From an uncultured bacterium (GTDB lineage: Bacteria > Chlamydiota > Chlamydiia > Chlamydiales > Simkaniaceae), in NCBI GenBank assembly GCA_964350675.1, contig CAYGKJ010000007.1, positions 17,176 through 81,175 on the forward strand: a stretch of DNA of 64,000 bases, written 5' to 3'. Made by a program: the position numbers and the translations under genes. Position 1 is the stretch's first letter; every line of letters begins with the position of its first letter. A model generated the notes under the pieces. That model saw nothing but the letters and a program-made list of their open reading frames with translations, was not told the origin of the DNA and did not search any database. Positions 38,467-46,170 of the stretch are shown one piece after another.

Positions 38467-38634
38467 GCCGGGGCATACACGCATTTATGCAGGAACATCA
38501 TGTTAAAAAAGCTTTTGAGGCGAGGCCAGTTGTGAAACTGGGCTACCCCTCAGAAAAAAAGTTCTTTTTTTCTAAGCGAACCTTTGCAGCACCTCACGGA
38601 CTTTTACAATCACGCAATTTCACATTGGAGTATT

Positions 38635-40221
38635 ATGTCCTCCAAAAATAGCGAAGAATTCAGTCGTTGGCGTCTTTATCTGTGGCCTATTCACCGATGG
38701 GAAATGAAAAAATTTGTTCCTCTTCTAATTCTCTACGCTCTGATCTGCTTTAACTACAATCTGCTGAAATCCGCAAAAGATGCCCTTGTGATTACGGCTA
38801 ACTCTTCAGGGGCAGCTGTCCTCCCCTTTATTAAAATCTGGGCGATTCTCCCCATGGCTCTCTTGGTCACTTGTCTTTTTACGCGTCTTTTCAACCGCTT
38901 TTCCCAAGAAAGAGTTTTTTACATCATGATTGGGGGCTTTTTGTCCTTTTTTGCCGTCTTTGCTCTCGTTCTTTATCCTCTACGTGACGTTATCCATCCT
39001 CACGCGCTTTGTGACCAGTTAGAAGCCGCTGCCCCAAAACTCCAGGCCCTTATTGCCATGCTCCGCAACTGGTCTTTTACTCTTTTCTACGTGATGTCAG
39101 AGCTTTGGGGAACAGCCATCATGTCGGTCCTTTTTTGGGCCTTTGCCAATGAGGTGATGACCGTCAAAGATGCCAAAAGATTCTATGGAATCCTAGGAAT
39201 CGGGGCCAATATCTCTGCCATCTTTGCCGGGCAGATTGCAATTCTTGTCTCCGGACAAATGTTCGATCTTTCCTTCATTTTTGGGGCGGATGCCTGGGGA
39301 CAAAGTCTAGGCCTTGTCACAACCGTTGTGATTTTTATAGGACTCCTGACTATGGGTTTTTTCAAATGGTATAATACCCGTGTCGTCCACCGCGATCCAG
39401 CCATGAAAGAGGAGCATGTAAAGAACCACGCCAACCGAAAAAAAGTCAAAATGGGGATGCGAAAAAGTTTTGCCTACCTTGCAAAATCAAAATACCTTCT
39501 TTGCATAGCAGTCCTTGTGATCGGGTTCAATATTGCTATCAACATGGTTGAAATCATTTGGAAAGACCAAATCAGCATTCTCCATCCAAGTCCCAATGAC
39601 TATAACGCCTACATGGGAGGCGTTGTTAAATCAATAGGATTCCTTTCCACCTTTGTTGCAATCTTTGTGAGCGGAAATGTGATCCGAAAGATGGGGTGGA
39701 CCTTTAGCGCTCTTATTACACCCGTTTCATTGCTGCTCACAGGGGTCCTTTTCTTCGGCATCCTTCTTTTTAAAGACAATCCCTCGTTGATTTCATGGAG
39801 CACGGCTCTGGGCTTTACACCTCTTGCTATCGGAGTCCTTTTTGGAACCATTCAAAACGTTATTTCACGAACCTGCAAATATACATTATTTGATGCAACA
39901 AAAGAAATTTCATTTATCCCGCTTAGCTCCGAGTCAAAGTTTAAAGGGAAAGCCGCTATCGACGGAGTGGGATCTCGTCTTGGAAAAACAGGAGGATCGA
40001 TTGTCCACGGAGGTCTTCTCATGGTTTTTGGAAGCGTTTCTCTTAGCACACCTTTTGTTGGTGTCTTTCTTCTTCTTGTTGTCTTTGGCTGGATCGTTGC
40101 CACCAAATCCCTTGGACGTCAATTTAATCACCTCACAAAACAGGATGAAAAAATTGATATCGAAGAAGGAGAACTAGCAGTCGCTAAAAAAACCACTACT
40201 CAAACCCTCTCTACCACCTAA
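38635..40221 (+). CDS. nucleotide transporter (NTT/Tlc family, ATP/ADP translocase-like), copy 1
   Basis: This is a 12-TM-type protein with N-terminus FSRWRLYLWPIHRWEMKKF.., FWAFANE, KYTLFDATKE and GKAAIDGVGSRLGK, which I recognise from chlamydial/rickettsial Npt/Tlc proteins. ATG 38635 (GGAG upstream) matches the copy 2 start. Confidence 0.9.
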   Translation: MSSKNSEEFSRWRLYLWPIHRWEMKKFVPLLILYALICFNYNLLKSAKDALVITANSSGAAVLPFIKIWAILPMALLVTCLFTRLFNRFSQERVFYIMIGGFLSFFAVFALVLYPLRDVIHPHALCDQLEAAAPKLQALIAMLRNWSFTLFYVMSELWGTAIMSVLFWAFANEVMTVKDAKRFYGILGIGANISAIFAGQIAILVSGQMFDLSFIFGADAWGQSLGLVTTVVIFIGLLTMGFFKWYNTRVVHRDPAMKEEHVKNHANRKKVKMGMRKSFAYLAKSKYLLCIAVLVIGFNIAINMVEIIWKDQISILHPSPNDYNAYMGGVVKSIGFLSTFVAIFVSGNVIRKMGWTFSALITPVSLLLTGVLFFGILLFKDNPSLISWSTALGFTPLAIGVLFGTIQNVISRTCKYTLFDATKEISFIPLSSESKFKGKAAIDGVGSRLGKTGGSIVHGGLLMVFGSVSLSTPFVGVFLLLVVFGWIVATKSLGRQFNHLTKQDEKIDIEEGELAVAKKTTTQTLSTT

Positions 40222-40373
40222 TTTCACTGTATCATCATCAATTTTATATGTTGAAATATGGCGCAAATTAAAAATTAAAGACTCTTCTCTTCCCTCTAAA
40301 AGGTCTCCAAAATTTGGGTATAGAGCTTTAACTTTAAATTGATAAATGGCATTAATGTTCTATATAATTCCCA

Positions 40374-40401
40374 TTGTCAAATAACCTGTTCATGGTATAA
40401 T
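40374..40401 (+). promoter_or_regulatory. sigma-70/66-type promoter of NTT copy 2
   Basis: TTGTCA (40374-40379), a 16-nt spacer and TATAAT (40396-40401). Confidence 0.6.
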
Positions 40402-40570
40402 GTCGAGACGTAGAGATATTCCATCCGGGACAGTAATGTTAAAAAAGCTTTTGAGGCGAGGCCACTTGTGAAACTAGGCTGCCCTTTAGAAAAAAAGTTC
40501 TTTTTTTCTCATCGAGCATTCAAGGCTTCTTGCAATCCCCAACAATTACGCAGTTTCTTTCCGGAGGATT

Positions 40571-42157
40571 ATGTCTTCCAAAGGTAGTGAAGAGTTCAGT
40601 CGCTGGCGCCTCTATCTATGGCCTATTCATCGATGGGAAGTTAAAAAGTTCCTTCCCCTCTTGATTCTCTATGCTCTGATCTGCTTTAACTATAGTCTCC
40701 TAAAAGCCGCAAAGGATGCTCTTGTGATTACAGCTAACTCCTCGGGAGCTGCTGTGATTCCTTTCATTAAGATCTGGGCGATTCTACCTATGGCTTTTGT
40801 AGTCACATACCTTTTTACCCGCCTTTTCAACCGATTCTCCCAGGAAAAAGTTTTTTACATCATGATCGGGAGCTTTTTATCCTTTTTTGCCGTCTTTGCT
40901 CTTGTTCTTTACCCCCTTAGAGATGTCATACACCCCCATACGCTTTGTGACCAACTAGAGGCAATGGCGCCAAGGCTTCAAGGACTTATTGCAATGTTTC
41001 GTAACTGGTCCTTTACCCTCTTCTATGTGATGTCTGAACTTTGGGGAACAGCCATCATGTCGGTCCTTTTTTGGGCCTTTGCTAACGAGATTATGACGGT
41101 TAAAGACGCCAAACGATTCTACGGGATCTTAGGAGTCGGCGCAAATGCCTCCGCTATCTTTGCCGGGCAGATTGCAATTCTTGTTTCAGGGCAGTTATTC
41201 GACCTTTCCTTCTTCTTCGGAGAAGATGCGTGGGGACAAAGTTTAGGCCTTGTGACAACCATTGTCATTTTTACAGGACTTCTGTGTATTGGAATCTTTC
41301 GATGGTATAACACCCGTGTAGTCCACCGCGATCCTGCTATGAAAGAAGAGCATGCAAGAAATCAAAGTGAGCGGAAAAAAGTCAAAATGGGGATGCGAAA
41401 AAGCTTTGCTTACCTCTCAAAATCAAAGTATCTCCTTTGTATAGCAGCCCTAGTAATCGGCTTCAACATTGCCATTAACATGATTGAGCTCATTTGGAAG
41501 GACCAGATTCGTTTTCTATACCCCAATCCTAACGACTTCAACGCATACATGGGAAGCGTTCTCAAATGGATAGGTTTTCTTTCTACATTTATTGCCATCT
41601 TTATCAGTGGAAATATGATCCGCAAAATGGGGTGGACCTTCAGTGCCCTGATTACCCCCGTTGCCCTCCTAGTCACAGGCCTTTTCTTCTTTGGCATTAT
41701 GGTGTTCAAAGAAAATCCTGCTCTCATTAAATGGAGCGCCATCTTTGGCTTCACACCACTTGCCTTAGGGGTCTTCTTTGGAGCAGTTCAAAATGTGTTC
41801 TCGCGGGCATGTAAATATACCCTATTTGATGCAACGAAAGAGATTTCATTTATCCCGCTGAGTTCCGAGTCAAAGCTTAAAGGAAAAGCCGCTATCGATG
41901 GAGTAGGGTCTCGCCTTGGAAAAACTGGAGGATCGATTATCCATGGAAGCCTTCTAATGGTCTTTGGAACCGTGTCCCTTAGCACACCTTTTGTGGGTGT
42001 CTTCCTCCTTCTCGTCGTCCTTGGCTGGATCGTTGCCGCTCAATCCCTTGGCCGTCAATTTACCCGTCTCACAAAGCAAGATGAAAAAATCGATATCGAA
42101 GAAGAAGAGCTTGCCATTGCTGAAAATACATCTACAAAAAAGGTTTCTGCTACCTAG
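40571..42157 (+). CDS. nucleotide transporter (NTT/Tlc family, ATP/ADP translocase-like), copy 2
   Basis: It has the same motifs as copy 1 and is 528 aa long, with GGAGG upstream of the ATG. Confidence 0.9.
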   Translation: MSSKGSEEFSRWRLYLWPIHRWEVKKFLPLLILYALICFNYSLLKAAKDALVITANSSGAAVIPFIKIWAILPMAFVVTYLFTRLFNRFSQEKVFYIMIGSFLSFFAVFALVLYPLRDVIHPHTLCDQLEAMAPRLQGLIAMFRNWSFTLFYVMSELWGTAIMSVLFWAFANEIMTVKDAKRFYGILGVGANASAIFAGQIAILVSGQLFDLSFFFGEDAWGQSLGLVTTIVIFTGLLCIGIFRWYNTRVVHRDPAMKEEHARNQSERKKVKMGMRKSFAYLSKSKYLLCIAALVIGFNIAINMIELIWKDQIRFLYPNPNDFNAYMGSVLKWIGFLSTFIAIFISGNMIRKMGWTFSALITPVALLVTGLFFFGIMVFKENPALIKWSAIFGFTPLALGVFFGAVQNVFSRACKYTLFDATKEISFIPLSSESKLKGKAAIDGVGSRLGKTGGSIIHGSLLMVFGTVSLSTPFVGVFLLLVVLGWIVAAQSLGRQFTRLTKQDEKIDIEEEELAIAENTSTKKVSAT

Positions 42158-42199
42158 CATCCTCTTAATTCCATTTTCTAAATCTAGGTTATAAAAGGC

Positions 42200-42463
42200 T
42201 CAATTTGAGGGCAGCGTCGTAATATCTAAGTCATATGAACCCGTGATAACGTGCTCCAAACCGTCCTGAGAAATCTTCCAATAAAGAGGCTGAGCGGTCA
42301 CCAAAACTCCCCATCCATTTTCTGCACACTGGTACGGAGGAGTAATAGGTTTTTCTTCGAGAACCGTAACGCGGCTTTGCAGGTCTTGATGCTAAGCATC
42401 AGTGACAGCAAAAAGAGCAGATACACATACGCTAATCGATAATAAAAAAGCTTTGAATTTCAT
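42200..42463 (-). pseudogene. remnant of a MOMP-like outer-membrane protein gene (signal peptide, in-frame TAG, truncated barrel)
   Basis: My own translation of the minus strand gives MKFKAFLLSISVCVSALFAVTDA-TAG(42392-42394)-HQDLQSRVTVLEEKPITPPYQCAENGWGVLVTAQPLYWKISQDGLEHVITGSYDLDITTLPSN-TGA. The C-x-x-G-W-G-V-L-V-T-x-x-x-L-Y-W-K motif parallels that of the intact MOMP-like gene at 31362-32399. Confidence 0.65.
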
Positions 42464-42558
42464 CTTTATCTCCAAATGAAAATTTTAATACACAGTTTTA
42501 CCTTTTCAGTAGAATACTTGTCAATTTTGTCTTCTGGTTTTATGAAAATTGTGGGATA

Positions 42559-43206
42559 ATGCGTGTTATGGAAGCACTGGTAAATTTTATTGTTGAGCAC
42601 AGCTCCTATGCCCCTATAATGGTCTTCATTCTCATCTTGCTGGCAGGATTAAACATCCCCATTAGCATTGATGTGATCATGGTTTTAACTGCTTTTTTGG
42701 CAGCAACTCTGATTCCCGAACATACAGCTATTTTATTCGCGAGCATTCTCTTTGGGACATATTTTTCCGCAATGATTTGCTACTGGGTTGGCCGAAAGCT
42801 CGGCATCAAGCTACTGAAGACCCGCTACTTTTCTAAGCTGCTTCCTGCTGAAAGGTTGGAGAAAGTCGGAAAATTTTATGAAAAGTATGGTCTATTGACG
42901 CTTCTAGTGGGACGGTTCATTCCTTTCGGCATCCGGAACTGTATTTTCATGACAACGGGGATGAGCAAAGCAAACTTCAGAAAGTTTATTGTGCGTGATG
43001 CACTCGCTTGTTCGATATGGGCAAGTGTCTGTTTTTTTGGATTTTATCGATTGGGACAGAACTACGAAGTCCTACTTTCTAAGGTAAAAACCCTAAATCT
43101 TTTTATATTTTTAGCTTTCGGTGTGACGGTAATTGCCTTTGTCTGGTATAAGAAATATAGGAAAAAACGAGCTCGCCTAACCGATAAGTCGAAGCTTGAT
43201 TCATAG
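42559..43206 (+). CDS. DedA/VTT-domain family membrane protein
   Basis: YWVGRKLG and LLVGRFIPFGIRNCIFMTTGMSK are DedA signature regions. Confidence 0.8.
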   Translation: MRVMEALVNFIVEHSSYAPIMVFILILLAGLNIPISIDVIMVLTAFLAATLIPEHTAILFASILFGTYFSAMICYWVGRKLGIKLLKTRYFSKLLPAERLEKVGKFYEKYGLLTLLVGRFIPFGIRNCIFMTTGMSKANFRKFIVRDALACSIWASVCFFGFYRLGQNYEVLLSKVKTLNLFIFLAFGVTVIAFVWYKKYRKKRARLTDKSKLDS

Positions 43207-43232
43207 GAACACAAGGCATAAATACTCGTACG

Positions 43233-43739
43233 ATGTTAAATCCTCCGAATAGTATCTCTTTTTTGCGAGCACCTTTAGCGCTCCTTTTTATAATAGAGAG
43301 TACAACGCTTCGAACGGTCGTCATTATATTGGCCATGCTTTCTGATTGCGTCGATGGTTACTTAGCCCGCCGCTACCATTTCACTTCTAGGTTTGGTGCA
43401 ATATTAGATCCTTTAATGGATAAATTTTTTGTTTACGTTGTTCTATCAGTTCTCCTTTTTGAACAACATATCCTTCCCTGGCAAATTGCAACTATGCTTT
43501 CACGAGACTTTTTCCTCCTTCTTTTTCTCTCTTATCTTGGGATAACTGGCGCTTGGAGAAACCTCGCCGTTAAGTCTGTCCGCTGGGGAAAGATTGCCAC
43601 TGCAGCACAGTTTTGCGTATTGATTGCACTCGTTTTAAAGATTTCTTTTCCTCCTCAACTCTACTTCCTCTTTGTCCTCTTTGGCTGCCTCGCCTTTGTT
43701 GAGCTCCTTCAATTTAAAAAACGTGCATCTTCTAATTAA
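43233..43739 (+). CDS. pgsA: CDP-alcohol phosphatidyltransferase (PgsA-like)
   Basis: DCVDGYLARRYHFTSRFGAILDPLMDK fits D-x2-DG-x2-AR-x8-G-x3-D-x3-D. Confidence 0.85.
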   Translation: MLNPPNSISFLRAPLALLFIIESTTLRTVVIILAMLSDCVDGYLARRYHFTSRFGAILDPLMDKFFVYVVLSVLLFEQHILPWQIATMLSRDFFLLLFLSYLGITGAWRNLAVKSVRWGKIATAAQFCVLIALVLKISFPPQLYFLFVLFGCLAFVELLQFKKRASSN

Positions 43740-43797
43740 TCCCTATTCCTGATATTATCTTTCCTCATAATGATATTTCTAGTAGCGGAATGGCCTC

Positions 43798-45012
43798 ATG
43801 AAGAAAAACTATTTTAATTTAGGGATGATCCTTGCCCTTTTGCTCGGAGGAATCCTCGGATTTTTTGATCTTCCCTTTGTTGTTAGCCTTGCTGATGTCA
43901 TAAGCAAACTCTTTATCAACATGCTCAAGTTGATTAGTTTGCCTATGATTTTTTTAGCAATTGTTTCCACCCTCTCTCGAATGACATCTCTAAGCGAAGC
44001 AGGCGTTCTTCTAAGGCGTATATTAACATATACTGTTGCGACGACCCTCATTGCTGCAACGATTGGCATGATTCTTTTTCTGATCATTCAACCAGTCAAT
44101 TTAGGTGATGCAGTTGCAGTCGCTGTTCCTAAGCAAGGGAATTACCTCTCTTTCCTAATGAAAATTATCCCCGAAAACCCCGTACAGCCTTTTTTAGAAA
44201 ACAATGTCTTAGGAATGGCTTTTTTAGCGGCAATATTTAGTATTGCAATATTAAAGCTGCCCAAAGAGCAGAATCATCTTCTAAGGGACCTGTTTGGTGC
44301 TCTTTTTTCAGCTCTTTTAAAAGTTACATCGGCTCTCATCTTTCTCATGCCCCTTGGTATTTTCGCATTTACAATCCAATTTGTTCAAAGCATCAAGGGA
44401 AATGCTGCTCAGCTGCAACAGCTCATGCTTTATGGGCTATGTGTCATCGGTGCGAACCTCATTCAAGGTTTAATTATTCTTCCCCTAATGGTGAAACTCA
44501 GGGGAGGCTCTCCCATGAAAACAGCTCGGGCGATGTTTCCAGCTCTTACAATGGCTTTTTTTACAAAGTCTTCGAATGCTACGCTCCCCCTTGCTCTTGA
44601 ATGCGCTAAAAATCGTCTTGGAGTATCAGATAAAACGGCAAGTTTTAGCCTCCCTCTATGCTCCATTATCAATATGAATGGATGCGCGGCATTCATTTTA
44701 ATCACTCTCTTTTTTGTCTGCGGATCTCAAGGGATTGTCTTTAGCCCCCTGCAAATGATCCCCTGGATCTTCCTTGCCTCTTTTGCTGCTATTGGCAACG
44801 CAGGAGTTCCAATGGGATGCTTTTTCCTCACGACAGCATTTTTAATTGGGATGGGTGTTCCGGTTGAACTCATGGGCATCATCCTTCCTCTCTATTCCCT
44901 CTTCGATATGGTCGAAACGGCTCTCAATGTCTGGTCCGATAGTTGCATCACTGCCGTTGTCGACAAGGATTTAAAAACTCCAGCAACAGCATCTGTGGTT
45001 GAAGCAAATTAA
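43798..45012 (+). CDS. dicarboxylate/amino acid:cation symporter (DAACS family)
   Basis: This polytopic protein has FFTKSSNATLP and NMNGCA, the re-entrant-loop motifs of GltP/GltT-type carriers. Confidence 0.82.
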   Translation: MKKNYFNLGMILALLLGGILGFFDLPFVVSLADVISKLFINMLKLISLPMIFLAIVSTLSRMTSLSEAGVLLRRILTYTVATTLIAATIGMILFLIIQPVNLGDAVAVAVPKQGNYLSFLMKIIPENPVQPFLENNVLGMAFLAAIFSIAILKLPKEQNHLLRDLFGALFSALLKVTSALIFLMPLGIFAFTIQFVQSIKGNAAQLQQLMLYGLCVIGANLIQGLIILPLMVKLRGGSPMKTARAMFPALTMAFFTKSSNATLPLALECAKNRLGVSDKTASFSLPLCSIINMNGCAAFILITLFFVCGSQGIVFSPLQMIPWIFLASFAAIGNAGVPMGCFFLTTAFLIGMGVPVELMGIILPLYSLFDMVETALNVWSDSCITAVVDKDLKTPATASVVEAN

Positions 45013-45061
45013 AAACTTCGTTACGATGAGGTAATTTTAATCTCTGTTTACAAGGAAAGTT

Positions 45062-46126
45062 ATGGAAGTTAAGCGTGAGTCGATTTTTGTATCGGCATTG
45101 AGATCTTTTTGCAATGTTTTTGCTGGATTCATCGGAGTACTTGTTGGTGTAATTATTATTGGAATTATTGTGGGCATTCTTGCAAAACCACAAATGGTTT
45201 CTGATAAAACTCAATTGATTATTGCAGCTGATGCTGAGGGGAATCGATCCTTGCTTTCTCACTCAGATCCTGCAGTGTTTAGACTCAATATCCATGGAGT
45301 GATTGGATCGAAAGATTTGAATGCAAAAACAGTGCACGCCCAACTCCTAGATTCGCGCGAAGGGCTATTAAAAGGCGACCGAGTCAAAGCGATTCTCCTC
45401 CATATTAATAGCCCTGGTGGAACCGCTTCTGATGCCCACGACATTTACCAAAACCTTGTAGAGTATAAAGAAAAATATAAAGTTCCGATCTACGCCTATG
45501 TTGATGGGATGTGCGCCTCTGGAGGAATGATGATTGCCTGTAGTGCAGACAAGATTTTCTCAGCTCCTGTTGGAGTCATCGGCTCGGTGGGCGTATTAAT
45601 GGGCCCAAATTTTAACGTTGCTGGTCTTATGGAAAAATATGGAGTCAAACAACTTACGATCACAAAGGGGATAGACAAAGATATGCTCAGCCCTTACCGC
45701 GAATGGAAACCTGGAGAAGACCAGTCTCTTCGCGACATTGTTGCCTATGACTATAATCTTTTTGTGAATCTCGTCACGTCAGCTCGTCCTCGACTAAGCA
45801 GGGCTAAGCTTATTAATGAATATGGTGCTCAGGTCTACGATCCTGTCAAAGCACAAGATTATGGCTACATCGATGATGGAAACAGTAGCTACAGCAAGTC
45901 CCTTCTTGCCCTTGTAAAAGAGGCTAAAATTGATGGTAATTATCAAGTCGTTGAACTAAAGGTCCTCCATCCGGTACTATCAGGTCTCATTGAAGGAAGC
46001 TCTCCTATTTTTACGGGAAAGATTAAGCACGAACTTGCTCTTCCTGCAGATATAAGCCCCGAGCTGATGAACCGCTCTCTCTACCTTTACTCGCCTGCCC
46101 TTCAATGGAGTGCAAGCAATGAATAG
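45062..46126 (+). CDS. sppA: signal peptide peptidase SppA/SohB (S49 family, 36K type)
   Basis: It has an N-terminal TM segment, INSPGGTASDA, and MCASGGMMIACSADKIF (catalytic Ser region). Confidence 0.85.
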   Translation: MEVKRESIFVSALRSFCNVFAGFIGVLVGVIIIGIIVGILAKPQMVSDKTQLIIAADAEGNRSLLSHSDPAVFRLNIHGVIGSKDLNAKTVHAQLLDSREGLLKGDRVKAILLHINSPGGTASDAHDIYQNLVEYKEKYKVPIYAYVDGMCASGGMMIACSADKIFSAPVGVIGSVGVLMGPNFNVAGLMEKYGVKQLTITKGIDKDMLSPYREWKPGEDQSLRDIVAYDYNLFVNLVTSARPRLSRAKLINEYGAQVYDPVKAQDYGYIDDGNSSYSKSLLALVKEAKIDGNYQVVELKVLHPVLSGLIEGSSPIFTGKIKHELALPADISPELMNRSLYLYSPALQWSASNE

Positions 46127-46170
46127 CCCTTAAAATATACAAATCGGGTTGATGTTGAGGGAATGGCGTT

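Larger units (their letters stand above)
38436..42157 (+). repeat. tandem duplication of an NTT transporter unit (promoter + leader + CDS)
   Basis: Unit 1 is about 38436-40221 and unit 2 about 40371-42157. The proteins have equal length (528 aa) and are identical over most positions by eye. The upstream promoter hexamers and a roughly 75-nt leader block are also shared. Confidence 0.9.

Noticed and set aside
38521-38545. The hairpin CCAGTT-gtga-AACTGG in the NTT copy 1 leader as a conserved RNA structure
   Set aside because: In copy 2 the two substitutions (ccaCtt / aactAgg) break the pairing rather than compensate for each other. The stem is therefore not supported by covariation, and only the primary sequence block and the uORF are conserved.
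42251-42442. A 63-aa plus-strand ORF in the spacer after NTT copy 2
   Set aside because: The opposite strand gives a much more convincing reading: a signal peptide plus a MOMP-like motif. I treat the plus-strand ORF as its shadow.
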